The notes: generated by a model not told the origin, from the letters alone. A stretch of DNA of 64,000 bases from Frankiaceae bacterium (GCA_025929365.1 JAICMG010000001.1:1214-65213); one strand, 5' to 3'; numbered from the stretch's first letter, positions 10,395 through 21,404 are shown. A program made the numbers and translations.

Positions 10395-12095
10395 CTAGGC
10401 CTCGGGGCCGGGGCTGGTCTTCTGCACCTGCAGCAGGAAGTCGTAGTTGCTGTGCGTCTCCTTGAGCTTGGACAGCAGCAGCTCCATTGCCTGTTGCGAG
10501 TCGAGCGCGTGCAGCACGCGACGGAGCTTCCAGATGATCTGCAGCTCCTCGGGGGAGAGGAGGATCTCCTCCTTGCGGGTGCCGGAGGGGTCGATGTCGA
10601 CGGCCGGGAAGATCCGCTTGTCCGCGAGCTTGCGGTCGAGCTTCAGCTCCATGTTCCCGGTGCCCTTGAACTCCTCGAAGATCACCGTGTCCATGGTCGA
10701 GCCGGTCTCCACGAGCGCGGTGGCGAGGATCGTGAGCGACCCGCCGTTCTCGATGTTGCGTGCGGCCCCGAGGAATCGCTTGGGTGGGTACAGCGCAGTC
10801 GAGTCAACACCGCCGGACAGGATCCGGCCGCTTGCGGGAGCGGCGAGGTTGTAGGCGCGGCCGAGGCGGGTGATCGAGTCGAGTAGGACGACAACGTCAT
10901 GACCGAGCTCGACGAGACGCTTCGCGCGTTCGATCGACAGCTCCGCAACGCTGGTGTGGTCGGTCGGCGGGCGGTCGAAGGTGGAGGCAATGACCTCACC
11001 CTTCACCGACCGCTGCATGTCGGTGACCTCTTCCGGCCGCTCATCGACGAGGACGACCATCAGGTGGCACTCGGGGTTGTTCGTGGTGATCGCGTTCGCG
11101 ATCGCCTGCAGCACCATCGTCTTGCCGGCCTTCGGCGGCGAGACGATCAACCCGCGCTGGCCCTTGCCGAGCGGCGCGACGAGGTCGATGACGCGTGTCG
11201 TGTAGACGTTCGGCTCGGTCTCCAGGCGCAGCCGCTCCTGCGGGTACAGCGGGATCAGCTTGTTGAAGTCCGGACGCTTCTTGGCCTCTTCGGGGTCGAT
11301 GCCGTTGACGGTGTCGAGCCGAACGAGTGCGTTGAACTTCTCGCGCCGCTCCCCCTCGCGCGGCTGGCGGATCATGCCGGTGACGGCGTCGCCCTTCCGC
11401 AACCCGTATCGGCGTACCTGTGACAGCGAGACGTAGACATCGTCGGGGCTGGACAGGTAGCCACTCGTGCGCACGAACGCGTAGTTGTCGAGGATGTCGA
11501 CGATTCCACCGACCGGGACGAGTACGTCGTCCTCGGCGATCACCGGCTCGGCTTCGTTGCCGAAGCGCTCGCGGCCGCCACGGCCACGGTTGCGCTCGCG
11601 GAAGCGGCCGCGACGCGAGCGGTTGGAACCGAACTCGTCGTCGCGCTCGGCGCCACCGTCCTGCCGGTTGCCCTGACCGCCGCGTTGCTGGCCGTCACGG
11701 TTCGGGTTGTTCTGGTTCTGGTTGTTCTGCCGGTTCTGGCCGCCGCCCTGCCGGTTGCCCTGCTGGCGGTCGTCGCGCGGCGCGCGCTCGTCGGAGCCGC
11801 GCTGCTCGCGGGACGCGGAGTCCTCGCGCGGCGCGCGGTCGTCCAACGGGGCGGATTCGGCCGCGGCCGGTCCGCCGGAACGCGAACCGCCGCTCTGCTT
11901 CGCCTGGATCGCCTCGATCAGCTCGCCCTTGCGCATCTTCGCGGTGCCGGTGATGCCCAGGTCGCCGGCGAGCGTCTGAAGCTCGGGCAGCAGCATCCCG
12001 GACAGCCCCTTGCGGCGGCCGTTGCCGGATCCGTTGGCACTGGCCGACCCGCTGGTCGACGTGGTGGCGGTCGGGGCGTCGTGAGTTTCGCTCAC
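10395..12095 (-). CDS. rho: transcription termination factor Rho with an actinobacterial RG/Q-rich N-terminal insertion
   Basis: 566 aa. C-terminal RecA-like core carries Walker A (PPKAGKT), Q-loop and R-loop. N-terminal ~200 aa is low-complexity Arg/Gly/Gln/Asn-rich. GTG start at 12095 is preceded by the AAGGAAGGAA ribosome-binding site. Confidence 0.96.
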   Translation of the reverse strand: MSETHDAPTATTSTSGSASANGSGNGRRKGLSGMLLPELQTLAGDLGITGTAKMRKGELIEAIQAKQSGGSRSGGPAAAESAPLDDRAPREDSASREQRGSDERAPRDDRQQGNRQGGGQNRQNNQNQNNPNRDGQQRGGQGNRQDGGAERDDEFGSNRSRRGRFRERNRGRGGRERFGNEAEPVIAEDDVLVPVGGIVDILDNYAFVRTSGYLSSPDDVYVSLSQVRRYGLRKGDAVTGMIRQPREGERREKFNALVRLDTVNGIDPEEAKKRPDFNKLIPLYPQERLRLETEPNVYTTRVIDLVAPLGKGQRGLIVSPPKAGKTMVLQAIANAITTNNPECHLMVVLVDERPEEVTDMQRSVKGEVIASTFDRPPTDHTSVAELSIERAKRLVELGHDVVVLLDSITRLGRAYNLAAPASGRILSGGVDSTALYPPKRFLGAARNIENGGSLTILATALVETGSTMDTVIFEEFKGTGNMELKLDRKLADKRIFPAVDIDPSGTRKEEILLSPEELQIIWKLRRVLHALDSQQAMELLLSKLKETHSNYDFLLQVQKTSPGPEA

Positions 12096-12416
12096 CTAAC
12101 GTTCCTTCCTTACTTCTTTTCGGTGCAACCGGATCAACCGGGTGAACACCGGAACCCGCCTATGCGGCGGGGGCTTGTGGAGCCGATCCCGGGCTGGTTC
12201 TCGCGCATGCGCCCCGCGGTGGGGGCGGGGAAGCTGCGGATCAAAGGACGGCAATGAGACTTTGTCAGGCTCGCTACCGGGATCGTTGACTCGCTGCAGA
12301 GCGGAAACCTCGCCCCGATGGGGCGGCTATCGCTTGTACAGCGTAGACGTCGCCGTCCACTCGTGCCAACAAAGGTCCGCACAGCGCTATTCCCGCGTGT
12401 CGCCCCGCCCCTCTCC

Positions 12417-12500
12417 CCGAAGTAGCACACAAAGTCCCTCCAGGCGCGCCCAGCCACGCTCAGGACGCGTGTCGCCGGGCCACTTTGTGTGCTACTTCGG
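12417..12500. repeat. palindromic element copy 1: perfect 19-bp inverted repeat CCGAAGTAGCACACAAAGT / ACTTTGTGTGCTACTTCGG separated by a 46-nt loop
   Basis: Arms at 12417-12435 and 12482-12500 are exact reverse complements. The loop is about 70% identical to the loop of copy 2. The element overlaps the 3' end and stop codon of the DUF559 ORF. Confidence 0.85.
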
Positions 12501-13368
12501 ACTGGGCGGCGGCCAGGTTGTCTCCGACGAGCTGTACGACGTAGTCCGGATCGTCGACGACGTCGTGCCAGCTGACAACCGCCACCCGCCAACCGGCGCG
12601 GACCAGTGCACTCCACCGACGGCGATCACGAATGAACGAGTCGCGGCTGGCGTGGTGTTGGAAGCCATCGCACTCGAGCACGACACGAGCTTCGGGCCAC
12701 GCGAAGTCCACTCGCCCGATCCACCGGCCTCCCGGCGTACGAATCGTGTATTGCGTGCACGGAGCCGGAAGCCCGGCGTCGGCGAGCAACACCCTGGTCA
12801 TCGATTCGAAGACCGAGCCCGACGACGGGTCTGCCAGGTTGGCCGTGCGAATCGCAGCCGGCCGCCTGGGTCCAGCAAGAGATTCGGCGTAGGACGACAG
12901 TGAGGACACAGTCGTAAGTCCGAGACGTAGATATCCGTCGGCGACAGCTACCGCTACCTGCAGCGGTGCGCTCCGCGCAATATCGGCGACCGTGCGGTCA
13001 GGTGCTGTGACGCGAACGCCTCGCACCAAGCGCACGTCATCGGGTTGCAGAACCGCGCGGTGAATCTGCACCCCGACGGCCGAGTCGGACCGCCGACCTC
13101 TATTGCGAGGGGCGGTGACATGCAGATGGTCCACGGGACCGGGGAGATCGACCCCGCACCAAGCAGCCGCGGACTGATGGCTCACGACAACCCTCATGGA
13201 GCGCGTGACGCCCCGCGGATCGGGAAGGCCAAGCACCTCCCCGGTCGTGTACCAGCCCCGCCATAGGCGGGTGACGACGCCCAACGCGACGAGCGCAGTG
13301 AGCTCAGGGCCGGTGACGCCGGTCGCGAGGATCTGGTTGCGGTGAATGAGCTTGTCAGGTTCGAACAC
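12460..13368 (-). CDS. DUF559-family protein (Vsr/very-short-patch-repair-like endonuclease fold), likely horizontally acquired
   Basis: N-terminal region (…ILATGVTGPELTALVALGVVTRLWRGWYTT…) and C-terminus (…VVLECDGFQHHASRDSFIRDRRRWSALVRAGWRVAVVSWHDVV…) are typical of DUF559 proteins. Codon usage is strikingly AT3-rich for this genome (GTA, GCT, GGA, TAT, CTA, CGT, CTT, ACT, TCA within 20 consecutive codons). Start chosen at the GTG at 13368. The C-terminal 13 aa read through the hairpin repeat. Confidence 0.7.
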   Translation of the reverse strand: MFEPDKLIHRNQILATGVTGPELTALVALGVVTRLWRGWYTTGEVLGLPDPRGVTRSMRVVVSHQSAAAWCGVDLPGPVDHLHVTAPRNRGRRSDSAVGVQIHRAVLQPDDVRLVRGVRVTAPDRTVADIARSAPLQVAVAVADGYLRLGLTTVSSLSSYAESLAGPRRPAAIRTANLADPSSGSVFESMTRVLLADAGLPAPCTQYTIRTPGGRWIGRVDFAWPEARVVLECDGFQHHASRDSFIRDRRRWSALVRAGWRVAVVSWHDVVDDPDYVVQLVGDNLAAAQSEVAHKVARRHAS

Positions 13369-13458
13369 TCGCAGGCGGTCGGACGTTCGGCGCGGCGCCA
13401 CCACACGGTCGTCCTGCGCTGTGGACGGACGCGTCGCCTGACAATGTTGTGGATTCCG

Positions 13459-13542
13459 CCGAAGTAGCACACAAAGTGGCTTCGGCCGGGCCCGCCCACG
13501 CTCACGAGGTGCCTGCGCGGCGGACTTTGTGTGCTACTTCGA
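13459..13542. repeat. palindromic element copy 2: same 18/19-bp stem with a 46-nt loop, ~90 nt upstream of the DUF559 start
   Basis: Arms at 13459-13477 and 13524-13541 are identical in sequence to copy 1. Both copies are followed by (G/A)ACTGGG. The loop shares the GCCC(A/G)(G/C)CCACGCTCA(G/C)GA(C/G)G core with copy 1. Confidence 0.85.
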
Positions 13543-13555
13543 ACTGGGGGTGGGG

Positions 13556-14479
13556 TTAGAGGGGGGCGAGGTGGGCGCCCTTCCGGTCGACGTCGAGAGG
13601 TAGCGCGCTCCACCCGCGGCGGGCGAACGTCACGGCCCGGTCACGGCTGTCGGTCGTGGTGAGCGCGAGCACGCTCGGGCCCGCGCCGGAGACGACGGCG
13701 GGAATTCCCGCGTCGCGAAGTTCGGCGACCAGCGCGGCCGTCTTCGGCATCGCCTCCGCGCGGTACGGCTGATGCAGCCTGTCCTCGGTCGCGCCGAGGA
13801 GGTCGTCGGGATGCGAACGAAGCGCTTCGACGAGCAGCGCGGCGCGAGCGGCGTTGGCCACCGCGTCGGCGTGCGGCACCGACTCAGGCAGCAGCTTGCG
13901 CGCGGCCTTCGTCGACGAGCTCGATCCGGGGACGAAGGCAACCGGTGCAAGGGCGTCCGACACCGGCACCTTGATCGCGCGCGCACCGGACTCGTCGTTC
14001 CACGCGATCGTCAAGCCACCCAGCACGCAAGCAGCAACGTTGTCGGGATGCCCTTCCAGCTCGGCGGCGTGCGCGAGTACGGCCGCGTCATCCATGCGCT
14101 CGCTGCCGCCGACGACGAGGCCGCGGGCGGCGACGACACCCGCCACAATCGCGGCGGCCGACGAGCCGAGACCGCGGCCGTGCGGAATCCGGTTCGCGCA
14201 GACGACCTCCAAACCGGCCGGGGCACCACCCAGCACCTTGAACGTCGCGCGCATCGACTTGACGACGAGGTGACGCGCGTTGCGCGGGACGCTCGCCGCA
14301 CCCATCCCTGCGACATCGACGGTCAGCCCCGCTTCGTCGGTGACTCGCACGACGACGTCGTCGTACAGCTCTAGAGCGAGCCCCAGCGCGTCGAACCCCG
14401 GGCCGAGGTTGGCACTCGTCGCGGGCACGCGCACCCGCACCGCCGCAGCCTTGAACGTTGGCCCAGAACGACGCGCCAC
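13556..14479 (-). CDS. thrB: homoserine kinase
   Basis: GHMP kinase with ATSANLGPGFDALGLAL and the PHGRGLGSSAA motif. GTG start at 14479 overlaps the thrC TAG stop by 1 nt (TAGTG). The upstream 38 aa of the ORF are not ThrB-like. Confidence 0.9.
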   Translation of the reverse strand: MARRSGPTFKAAAVRVRVPATSANLGPGFDALGLALELYDDVVVRVTDEAGLTVDVAGMGAASVPRNARHLVVKSMRATFKVLGGAPAGLEVVCANRIPHGRGLGSSAAAIVAGVVAARGLVVGGSERMDDAAVLAHAAELEGHPDNVAACVLGGLTIAWNDESGARAIKVPVSDALAPVAFVPGSSSSTKAARKLLPESVPHADAVANAARAALLVEALRSHPDDLLGATEDRLHQPYRAEAMPKTAALVAELRDAGIPAVVSGAGPSVLALTTTDSRDRAVTFARRGWSALPLDVDRKGAHLAPL

Positions 14480-15552
14480 TAGAGGTCCAAGGCCTCGGCT
14501 GCGGCGGAGACTTCGGCGGCGATCGTCAACGGCGCCGGCGCGCCGGCGATCGCCCATTCCGGATCCTTCAATCCGTTTCCGGTCACGGTGCACACGACCC
14601 GAAGGCCCGTGTCGAGCGTGTTCTCGCGACGTGCCTGGAGCAACCCGGCGACGCTCGCCGCGCTCGCCGGCTCGACGAACACTCCTTCTTCTCTGGCGAG
14701 GATCCGGTACGCCGCCAGGATGTCGCGGTCGGTCACCGCCTCGATCGCTCCGCCCGACTCGTCACGCGCGATCAGCGCCTGCTGCCACGACGCCGGGTTG
14801 CCGATCCGGATCGCCGTGGCGATGGTCTGCGGCGAGCGCACCGGCGCTCCTCGCACGATCGGCGCCGCGCCGGCTGCCTGGAAGCCGCGCATGATCGGAC
14901 GATGCGTCGAGATGCTGTCAGCGGCGTACTCGACGTAGCCCTTCCAGTACGCCGTAATGTTGCCCGCGTTGCCGACCGGCAGGCAGTGCACGTCCGGGGC
15001 ATCACCGAGGGCGTCGCAGATCTCGAACGCTGCGGTCTTCTGACCTTCGATGCGGAACTCGTTGACCGAGTTGACGAGCGCGACCGGGAACTTGTCGGCG
15101 AGGTCGCGGGCGAGGTTCAGGCAGTCGTCGAAGTTGCCGTCGACCTGCAGCAGCCGCGCGCCGTGCACGAGCGCCTGCGCCAGCTTGCCCATCGCGATCT
15201 TGCCGCGCGGGACCAGCACCGCGCAGACCATGCCGGCGCGCACTGCGTACGCCGCTGCGCTCGCCGAGGTGTTTCCGGTCGATGCGCAGATGACGGCCTT
15301 CGCGCCCTCCTCGGCCGCCTTGCTCATCGCCATCGTCATGCCACGGTCCTTGAAGGACCCCGTGGGGTTGAGGCCTTCGACCTTGAGATGCACCTCGCAG
15401 CCGGTGCGCTCCGACAACCGCGGAGCAGTCACGAGCGGAGTGCCCCCCTCGAGCAGCGTGACGACCGGCGTGGCGTCGGTGACGGGGAGGCGGTCGCGGA
15501 ACTCCTCGATGACACCGCGCCAGGGCGCGGACCGGGTGATCGCCGCCGTCAT
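14479..15552 (-). CDS. thrC: threonine synthase
   Basis: 357 aa, PLP-binding [19 protein letters not shown]. Collinear with M. tuberculosis ThrC along its whole length. Confidence 0.95.
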   Translation of the reverse strand: MTAAITRSAPWRGVIEEFRDRLPVTDATPVVTLLEGGTPLVTAPRLSERTGCEVHLKVEGLNPTGSFKDRGMTMAMSKAAEEGAKAVICASTGNTSASAAAYAVRAGMVCAVLVPRGKIAMGKLAQALVHGARLLQVDGNFDDCLNLARDLADKFPVALVNSVNEFRIEGQKTAAFEICDALGDAPDVHCLPVGNAGNITAYWKGYVEYAADSISTHRPIMRGFQAAGAAPIVRGAPVRSPQTIATAIRIGNPASWQQALIARDESGGAIEAVTDRDILAAYRILAREEGVFVEPASAASVAGLLQARRENTLDTGLRVVCTVTGNGLKDPEWAIAGAPAPLTIAAEVSAAAEALDL

Positions 15553-16853
15553 GCGCCACCTCCCTCCACCCGCATCACGCTGGCGACGGCGCGTACGACG
15601 TCCAGCCGGCGCAGCTCCTCGACGGTGGCTGCAAGTGCGGCATCCGTCGCAGCGTGCGTCACGAGATCCAAGGTGGCATCGTCGCCGTGGCCTTCCTGGC
15701 GCACGGTCTGGATCGAGACGTCATGGACGGCGAACGCCTGGGCGACGCTGGCGAGCACGCCCGCCTTGTCCGCAACGTCGAGGCTCACGTGGTAGCGGGT
15801 GATCGTCTCGCCCATCGGACGGATCGGAAGCGCGGCGTACGACGAGTCGCCGGCACCTCTTGCACCCGACAACCGGTTGCGGCACACCGCGACGAGGTCG
15901 CCAAGCACGGCGCTCGCGGTGGGAGCGCCTCCCGCGCCGCGGCCGTAGAACATGAGCTGCCCTGCGGCGTCGGCCTCGATGAACACCGCGTTGTAGGCAT
16001 CGCGAACCCCGGCGAGCGGGTGGCTGCGCGGCAGGATCGCCGGATGCACGCGCACGCCGACGGACTCACGGCCATTGCGATCGGGAGCGCGCTCGGCGAT
16101 CGCGAGCAGCTTGACGACACCGTCCATGTCACGCGCGCTCTTCACGTCGCCCGCCGTGACGTCGGAGATGCCCTCGCGGTGCACATCGGCCGCGGTCACG
16201 CGAGTGTGGAACGCAAGACCCGCCAGGATCGCCGCCTTGGCTGCGGCGTCGAAACCGTCCACGTCCGCCGACGGATCGGCCTCGGCGTAACCGAGCGCCT
16301 GCGCCTCTTCCAGCGCGTCGGTGAAGCTCGCGCCGGTCGAGTCCATCTTCGTGAGGATGTAGTTGGTGGTGCCGTTCACGATGCCGATGACCCGATTGAC
16401 CCGGTCACCGGCGAGTGACTCGCGCAAGGGTCGCAGCAGCGGGATTGCGCCGGCGACACTCGCCTCGCAGTAGAGATCGGTGTTGCCGCGCTCGGCGGCG
16501 TCGTACAACGAGCTGCCGTCTTCGGCGAGCAGCGCCTTGTTGGCGGTGACGACGGAGGCTCCGCGCTCCAGCGCAGTGATGAGGAGTGACCGGGCCGGCT
16601 CGATCCCGCCGATCACCTCGATGACGACATCGACGTCGTCGCGCGCGACGAGCGCGGCGCTGTCGGTGGTGAACAGCGACGGGTCGACGGAGACGTCGCG
16701 GCTGCGTTGCGGTCTGCGGACCGCGATGCCCGCCAGCTCCACGGGCGCGCCGATCCGGTGCGCAAGGTCCTCGGCGTGAGCCTCGATCAGCCGTACGACC
16801 TCGCTGCCGACGACACCGCAGCCAAGGATCGCCACCTTCAGCGGCTTGCTCAT
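15549..16853 (-). CDS. hom: homoserine dehydrogenase
   Basis: From the internal ATG the sequence reads [20 protein letters not shown] (Rossmann fold), with a C-terminal ACT domain. ATGA overlaps with both lysA and thrC. The upstream 62 aa of the ORF are junk. Confidence 0.93.
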   Translation of the reverse strand: MSKPLKVAILGCGVVGSEVVRLIEAHAEDLAHRIGAPVELAGIAVRRPQRSRDVSVDPSLFTTDSAALVARDDVDVVIEVIGGIEPARSLLITALERGASVVTANKALLAEDGSSLYDAAERGNTDLYCEASVAGAIPLLRPLRESLAGDRVNRVIGIVNGTTNYILTKMDSTGASFTDALEEAQALGYAEADPSADVDGFDAAAKAAILAGLAFHTRVTAADVHREGISDVTAGDVKSARDMDGVVKLLAIAERAPDRNGRESVGVRVHPAILPRSHPLAGVRDAYNAVFIEADAAGQLMFYGRGAGGAPTASAVLGDLVAVCRNRLSGARGAGDSSYAALPIRPMGETITRYHVSLDVADKAGVLASVAQAFAVHDVSIQTVRQEGHGDDATLDLVTHAATDAALAATVEELRRLDVVRAVASVMRVEGGGA

Positions 16854-18235
16854 CCGACGTCCAGGCCGAGCAGGTCCTCGAGGGTCTCCCGGCGCAGCAT
16901 CACGCGGCTGGTGCCCCCCTCGACGGCAACGACCGGAGGACGCGGCACGGCGTTGTAGTTGCTGGCCATCGAGCGACAGTAGGCGCCCGTGGCCGCTACG
17001 GCGAGCAGGTCGCCGGGCGCAAGGTCGCTCGGCAGCCACAGATCCCGCACCACGATGTCCCCTGCCTCACAGTGCTTGCCGACCACGCGCGCGAGCATCG
17101 GAGCGGCGTCGCTGTCCCGCGATGCGAGGACGCAGGTGTACGACGCGTCGTACAGCGCGGTGCGGATGTTGTCGCTCATCCCGCCGTCGATGCTGACGTA
17201 GGTACGGATGCCGTCGATCGGCTTGACGGTGCCGACCTCGTACAGCGTCACGCCCGCTGGCCCGACGATGGCGCGGCCCGGCTCGACCGCGAGCCTGGGC
17301 ACCGGCAGCGACGCTGCCTCGCACTCGCGCTCCACAATCGCGCGAAGCTGCTTCGCGACGTCGGCGACCTCCGCCGGGTCGTCGTCCGCCGTGTAGGCGA
17401 TTCCCAGCCCACCGCCGAGATCCAGCTCGGGCAGGGTGACGCCGACCGCGTCGCGCACCGTCGCGAGCAGTCCGACCACCCGGTGCGCGGCAACCTCGAA
17501 ACCCGCCGTGTCGAATATCTGCGAGCCGATGTGGCTGTGCAAACCGACCAGTTCGAGTGACGGCAGCATGGAAACCCGGCGCACCGCCTCGAGCGCGGCG
17601 CCACCGGCGAGGGAGAAGCCGAACTTCTGGTCCTCGTGGGCGGTCGCGATGAACTCGTGCGTGTGGGCCTCGACGCCGACAGTGACCCGGACCAGGACGC
17701 GCTGCCTGACCCCTGCTGCCTCCGCAACGTGGGCGAGGCGGGCGATCTCGTGCTCGCTGTCGACGACGATTCTCCCGACGCCGGCCGACACCGCCGCGAC
17801 GAGCTCGTCACGCGACTTGTTGTTGCCGTGCATGAGGATCCGCTCCGGCGGGAACCCGGCGGCCAGAGCGGTGGCGAGCTCGCCACCGCTCGACACGTCG
17901 AGCGACAGACCCTCTTCATTCACCCAGCCGGCAAAGCCCTTCGAGAGGAAGGCCTTTGCCGCGTAATAGATGTCGGTGTCCTCACCGAACGCCGCACGAT
18001 AGCCGCGGCAACGGGCACGGACGTCGTCCTCGGCGAGCAGGTACGCCGGCGTGCCGTGCTGCGTCGCCAGGTCGCGGACGTCGCAACCACCGATGTGGAC
18101 GACCCCGCCCCGGCGCTCTGTGCCGAGCGGCCAGATCCGCGCGTCGAGCTCACCCAGTGCGTCGGGCGGAGGGCCGAGCGGATGCGGCGGCGACGTGACG
18201 TCGCCGTGCAAGGCTCCGGCGGGATGGGCTCTCAT
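16850..18235 (-). CDS. lysA: diaminopimelate decarboxylase
   Basis: 461 aa, fold-type III PLP enzyme (…[10 protein letters not shown]…, …[15 protein letters not shown]…). Confidence 0.94.
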   Translation of the reverse strand: MRAHPAGALHGDVTSPPHPLGPPPDALGELDARIWPLGTERRGGVVHIGGCDVRDLATQHGTPAYLLAEDDVRARCRGYRAAFGEDTDIYYAAKAFLSKGFAGWVNEEGLSLDVSSGGELATALAAGFPPERILMHGNNKSRDELVAAVSAGVGRIVVDSEHEIARLAHVAEAAGVRQRVLVRVTVGVEAHTHEFIATAHEDQKFGFSLAGGAALEAVRRVSMLPSLELVGLHSHIGSQIFDTAGFEVAAHRVVGLLATVRDAVGVTLPELDLGGGLGIAYTADDDPAEVADVAKQLRAIVERECEAASLPVPRLAVEPGRAIVGPAGVTLYEVGTVKPIDGIRTYVSIDGGMSDNIRTALYDASYTCVLASRDSDAAPMLARVVGKHCEAGDIVVRDLWLPSDLAPGDLLAVAATGAYCRSMASNYNAVPRPPVVAVEGGTSRVMLRRETLEDLLGLDVG

Positions 18236-18289
18236 GGCCGGGGCCCCCGGGGCGTTGTGAGCGAAGCGAAGAGCGTCATGGGGTAGGCA

Positions 18290-19945
18290 CTACATCCGTT
18301 CCGGGGCGGCGACCCCGAGCAGCCCGAGGCCGCCGGCGAGCACGATGCGGGTCGCTTCGACCAGCCACAGCCGCGCCCGGGTCAGGTCGGTCGGCGGGTC
18401 GTCGCCCATCGGAAGGACGCGACACGCGTCGTAGAAGCGGTGGTAGGTGCCGGCGAGGTCCTCGAGGTAGCGCGCGATGCGATGCGGCTCGCGAAGCTCA
18501 GCCGCGCTCGCCACGATCCGGGGGAACTCCCCCAGCGATGCCAACAGGTCGCCCTCCCGCGGCTCGGCGAGCAGCGAACCGTCGAACTCATCGCCACGGC
18601 TGATCCCGAGGTCTGCCGCATTGCGAAGCAACGACGAGATCCGCGCGTGCGCGTACTGCACGTAGAAGACGGGATTGTCGTTGGTCTGCCGCGTCCACAG
18701 GTCGAGGTCGATGTCGATCGGCGAGTCGCTGCTGTAGCGCGCAAGTGCGTAGCGCGCGGCATCGACGCCGATCGCTTCCACGAGGTCCGCGAGGAGTACG
18801 ACGTTCCCGGCGCGCTTGGACATCCGGACCGGCTCGCCGTCCTTGACGAGGTTGACCATCTGCCCGATCAGCACCTCGATCGTGCGGTCAGGGTCGTCGC
18901 CGAAGCACGAGGCGATGGCGCGCAACCGGCCGACGTAACCGTGATGGTCTGCACCGAGCATGTAGATGCACCGGTCGAAGCCGCGCTCTCGCTTGTCGAG
19001 GTAGTAGGCGCAGTCGGCGGCGAAGTAGGTCCACTCGCCGTCGCTCTTGCGAATCACCCTGTCCTTGTCGTCCCCGTACCGGGTGGTACGAAGCCAGATG
19101 GCGCCGGCCTCCTCGAACACCTCACGCTGCTCGGTGAGGCGACCGAGCGCGGCGTGAAGCTCGCCCTTGTCGTGCAGTGACTTCTCGTTGAAGTAGACGT
19201 CGAAGACGACGCCGAAGTCGGCAAGCGAGCTCTTGATCTCGGCAAACATCCGCTCGACGCCTTCGACCCGGAAGAGCTCGAGTGCCTCCGCGTCGTCGAG
19301 AGCGGTGACATCGGGATGAGCGGCAACGATCGCGGCGGCGATCTCCCCGATGTACTCGCCGGCGTACCCGTCCTCCGGAATCTCCTCGCCACGAGCGGCG
19401 GCAAGAAGCGAGCGGGCGAAGCGCTCGATCTGCGAGCCGGCGTCGTTGAAGTAGTACTCGCGCGTGACGTCCGCGCCGGCCGCGCTCAGGACCCGGCCGA
19501 GCGCGTCACCGACCGCTGCCCACCGAACTGCGCCGATGTGGACCGGCCCAGTCGGGTTGGCCGAGACGAACTCGAGGTTGATGCGCTGTTTGACGAGGCT
19601 GTCGCTGCGGCCATAGTCGGCTCCCGCCGCGACGATCGTGCGAGCCAGCTCGCCCTGCGCCGACGCCGCGAGGGTGATGTTGAGGAACCCGGGTCCCGCG
19701 ACCTCGACCGCCTGGACTCCGGTGGTGTCGCGCAAGCGGCCGGCGATGACCTCCGCGACCTCTCGCGGCGGGCGTCCGGCGGCCTTGGCGAGCTGCAGCG
19801 CCACGTTCGTGGCGTAGTCGCCGTGGTCGCGGTTCTTGGGCCGCTCGACGAGCGTCGTCTCCGGAGCCTCGACCGAGAGCTCGCCGGCCGCCACGGCAGC
19901 GCGAACCGCCGCCACGATGGCGTCACCGAGATCGGCTGGAGTCAC
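18290..19945 (-). CDS. argS: arginine--tRNA ligase
   Basis: 551 aa, class I aaRS with HIGH-like [11 protein letters not shown] and KMSKR-like MSKRAG. Confidence 0.95.
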   Translation of the reverse strand: MTPADLGDAIVAAVRAAVAAGELSVEAPETTLVERPKNRDHGDYATNVALQLAKAAGRPPREVAEVIAGRLRDTTGVQAVEVAGPGFLNITLAASAQGELARTIVAAGADYGRSDSLVKQRINLEFVSANPTGPVHIGAVRWAAVGDALGRVLSAAGADVTREYYFNDAGSQIERFARSLLAAARGEEIPEDGYAGEYIGEIAAAIVAAHPDVTALDDAEALELFRVEGVERMFAEIKSSLADFGVVFDVYFNEKSLHDKGELHAALGRLTEQREVFEEAGAIWLRTTRYGDDKDRVIRKSDGEWTYFAADCAYYLDKRERGFDRCIYMLGADHHGYVGRLRAIASCFGDDPDRTIEVLIGQMVNLVKDGEPVRMSKRAGNVVLLADLVEAIGVDAARYALARYSSDSPIDIDLDLWTRQTNDNPVFYVQYAHARISSLLRNAADLGISRGDEFDGSLLAEPREGDLLASLGEFPRIVASAAELREPHRIARYLEDLAGTYHRFYDACRVLPMGDDPPTDLTRARLWLVEATRIVLAGGLGLLGVAAPERM

Positions 19946-20030
19946 CCATCGAGGTTATCGGTTGCGATCTAACGATTTGCGGCGCTCAGAACCCACCAGC
20001 CGCGGAAACGCGAGGCCGATCGCCGCAACG

Positions 20031-20405
20031 TCAGGCCGCCTCGCCGGCGAGATTGCGGATGATCGTCACGAGCTCGTCCGGGTCGAACGGTTTGGTGAGG
20101 TAGGCGTCGACGCCGATCCGCTCGCCGTGCTGGATGTCCGCGTTCTGCGCGCGCGCCGACAGCAACACCACTTTGATGTGCGCGGTGTCCGGGTTCTGCC
20201 GCAGGCGCGTGGCCGTCTCCCACCCGTCGAGTCTCGGCATCATCACGTCGAGCGTCACGACATCTGGCGCGATCTCGCCGATGCGCTCGATCGCCTCCTG
20301 ACCATCGGTGGCCGTGGCGACGTCGAAGCCTTCGAGCTCCAGGTTGACGGTGATCAGCTGGCGGATCACGTCGTCGTCCTCGACGACGAGGACCCGGATC
20401 GGCAC
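20031..20405 (-). CDS. stand-alone response-regulator receiver (CheY-like REC domain only)
   Basis: 124 aa: VLVVEDDD…phospho-acceptor D in TLDVMMPRLDGWE…K in YLTKPFD. No output domain. GTG start lies 9 nt after the desaturase stop. Confidence 0.88.
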   Translation of the reverse strand: MPIRVLVVEDDDVIRQLITVNLELEGFDVATATDGQEAIERIGEIAPDVVTLDVMMPRLDGWETATRLRQNPDTAHIKVVLLSARAQNADIQHGERIGVDAYLTKPFDPDELVTIIRNLAGEAA

Positions 20406-20414
20406 GCGTCGACC

Positions 20415-21404
20415 CTATCCAGCCGGTCGGGCGCGAAGGGCTCGCCACAGCGCGGGGTAGCTGGGCCAGGTGATCGGCTCGGTGACCCAGCCCGCCGCCT
20501 CGAGCTCGACCTGCAAGGCAGGAAGGTTGCGCCACGGGATGGCGATGTCGACGTGGTGCGCGAGATGCCAGCCGATGTTGAACGGCACCAGCCAGAAGCG
20601 CGCCAGCCAGGATTGGCGGACGTGGTGCGTCGTGAGGCGCCGGTCCTTCGAGCGGACCATGCCGCCGTGTTCCGCGATGGATCGCAGCCGGTTGATGACC
20701 CGCCACACCGTCAGCCACGGGCCGAGCCACAGCAGCAGCCAGAGCCACCAACGTCCGACGGCGATCCCGGCCGCGATCAGCGGTAGCTGCATCACGAGGA
20801 TCTTGAGGACGGTCGGGCGGGCAAACGAGGTCCGCAGGCCGCGAAGCAGACCCTTGAGGTTCTTCCAACCGCTGTTGCCGAAGGCGTCGCGGCGCATCTT
20901 CCGCCAGAACGACGCGCGCGTGATCGGGTAGCCGTTGTAGAGGTTGAGGTCGGGTTCGTTGGGCCCGAACTCGTCCTTGTGGTGCGCGAAGTGCACGCGC
21001 CGATACAGGTCGAACGGGAAGAACGACGGGTAGCCGATCACCCAGCGTCCGACGAAGTCGTTGGCCCGCTTGTTCGTGAACAACAGGCGGTGCGCGGCCT
21101 CGTGGCCGAGGCTCGCGAACCTCGCCTGGGCGGGGCCCATCATCACGAACGCTGCCGCGTAGGCGAAGGGGTTCCCTATCCACACCGCCAGACCGACCGT
21201 CGCAAACGCCTGGCCCCAGGTCAGCACGACACTGCCGACATTGCGGTACGACGCGATCCGTCGCAGCTCGGCCCGGATCTCAGGGACGGGTACGCCAGTC
21301 GCCGTCAGTCGCTCGGTGGGGAGGACGTCCGGCAGCGCGTCCCCGGTCGGCACGACCGTCGTGCGCGACTCGACCGGCATTGACGTGATCATCACGGAAC
21401 ACAT
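20415..21404 (-). CDS. membrane fatty-acid desaturase family protein
   Basis: Three His boxes (HEAAH, HFAHH, HHVD) and several TM helices. N-terminal start is uncertain (ATG at 21404 or earlier). Confidence 0.8.
   Translation of the reverse strand: MCSVMITSMPVESRTTVVPTGDALPDVLPTERLTATGVPVPEIRAELRRIASYRNVGSVVLTWGQAFATVGLAVWIGNPFAYAAAFVMMGPAQARFASLGHEAAHRLLFTNKRANDFVGRWVIGYPSFFPFDLYRRVHFAHHKDEFGPNEPDLNLYNGYPITRASFWRKMRRDAFGNSGWKNLKGLLRGLRTSFARPTVLKILVMQLPLIAAGIAVGRWWLWLLLWLGPWLTVWRVINRLRSIAEHGGMVRSKDRRLTTHHVRQSWLARFWLVPFNIGWHLAHHVDIAIPWRNLPALQVELEAAGWVTEPITWPSYPALWRALRARPAG

Noticed and set aside
12096-12416. Riboswitch or attenuator in the ~320-nt rho 5' leader
   Set aside because: A long structured leader is expected for actinobacterial rho (autoregulation). 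I could not identify a defined riboswitch consensus by eye.
12142-12903. 253-aa plus-strand ORF across the rho leader and DUF559 3' end
   Set aside because: It overlaps the hairpin repeat and the minus-strand DUF559 gene with no SD or domain. The frame is kept open by GC bias.
19969-21183. 404-aa minus-strand ORF
   Set aside because: Its frame overlaps the well-supported REC and desaturase genes. The peptide is Arg/Pro/Ala-rich with no motifs.
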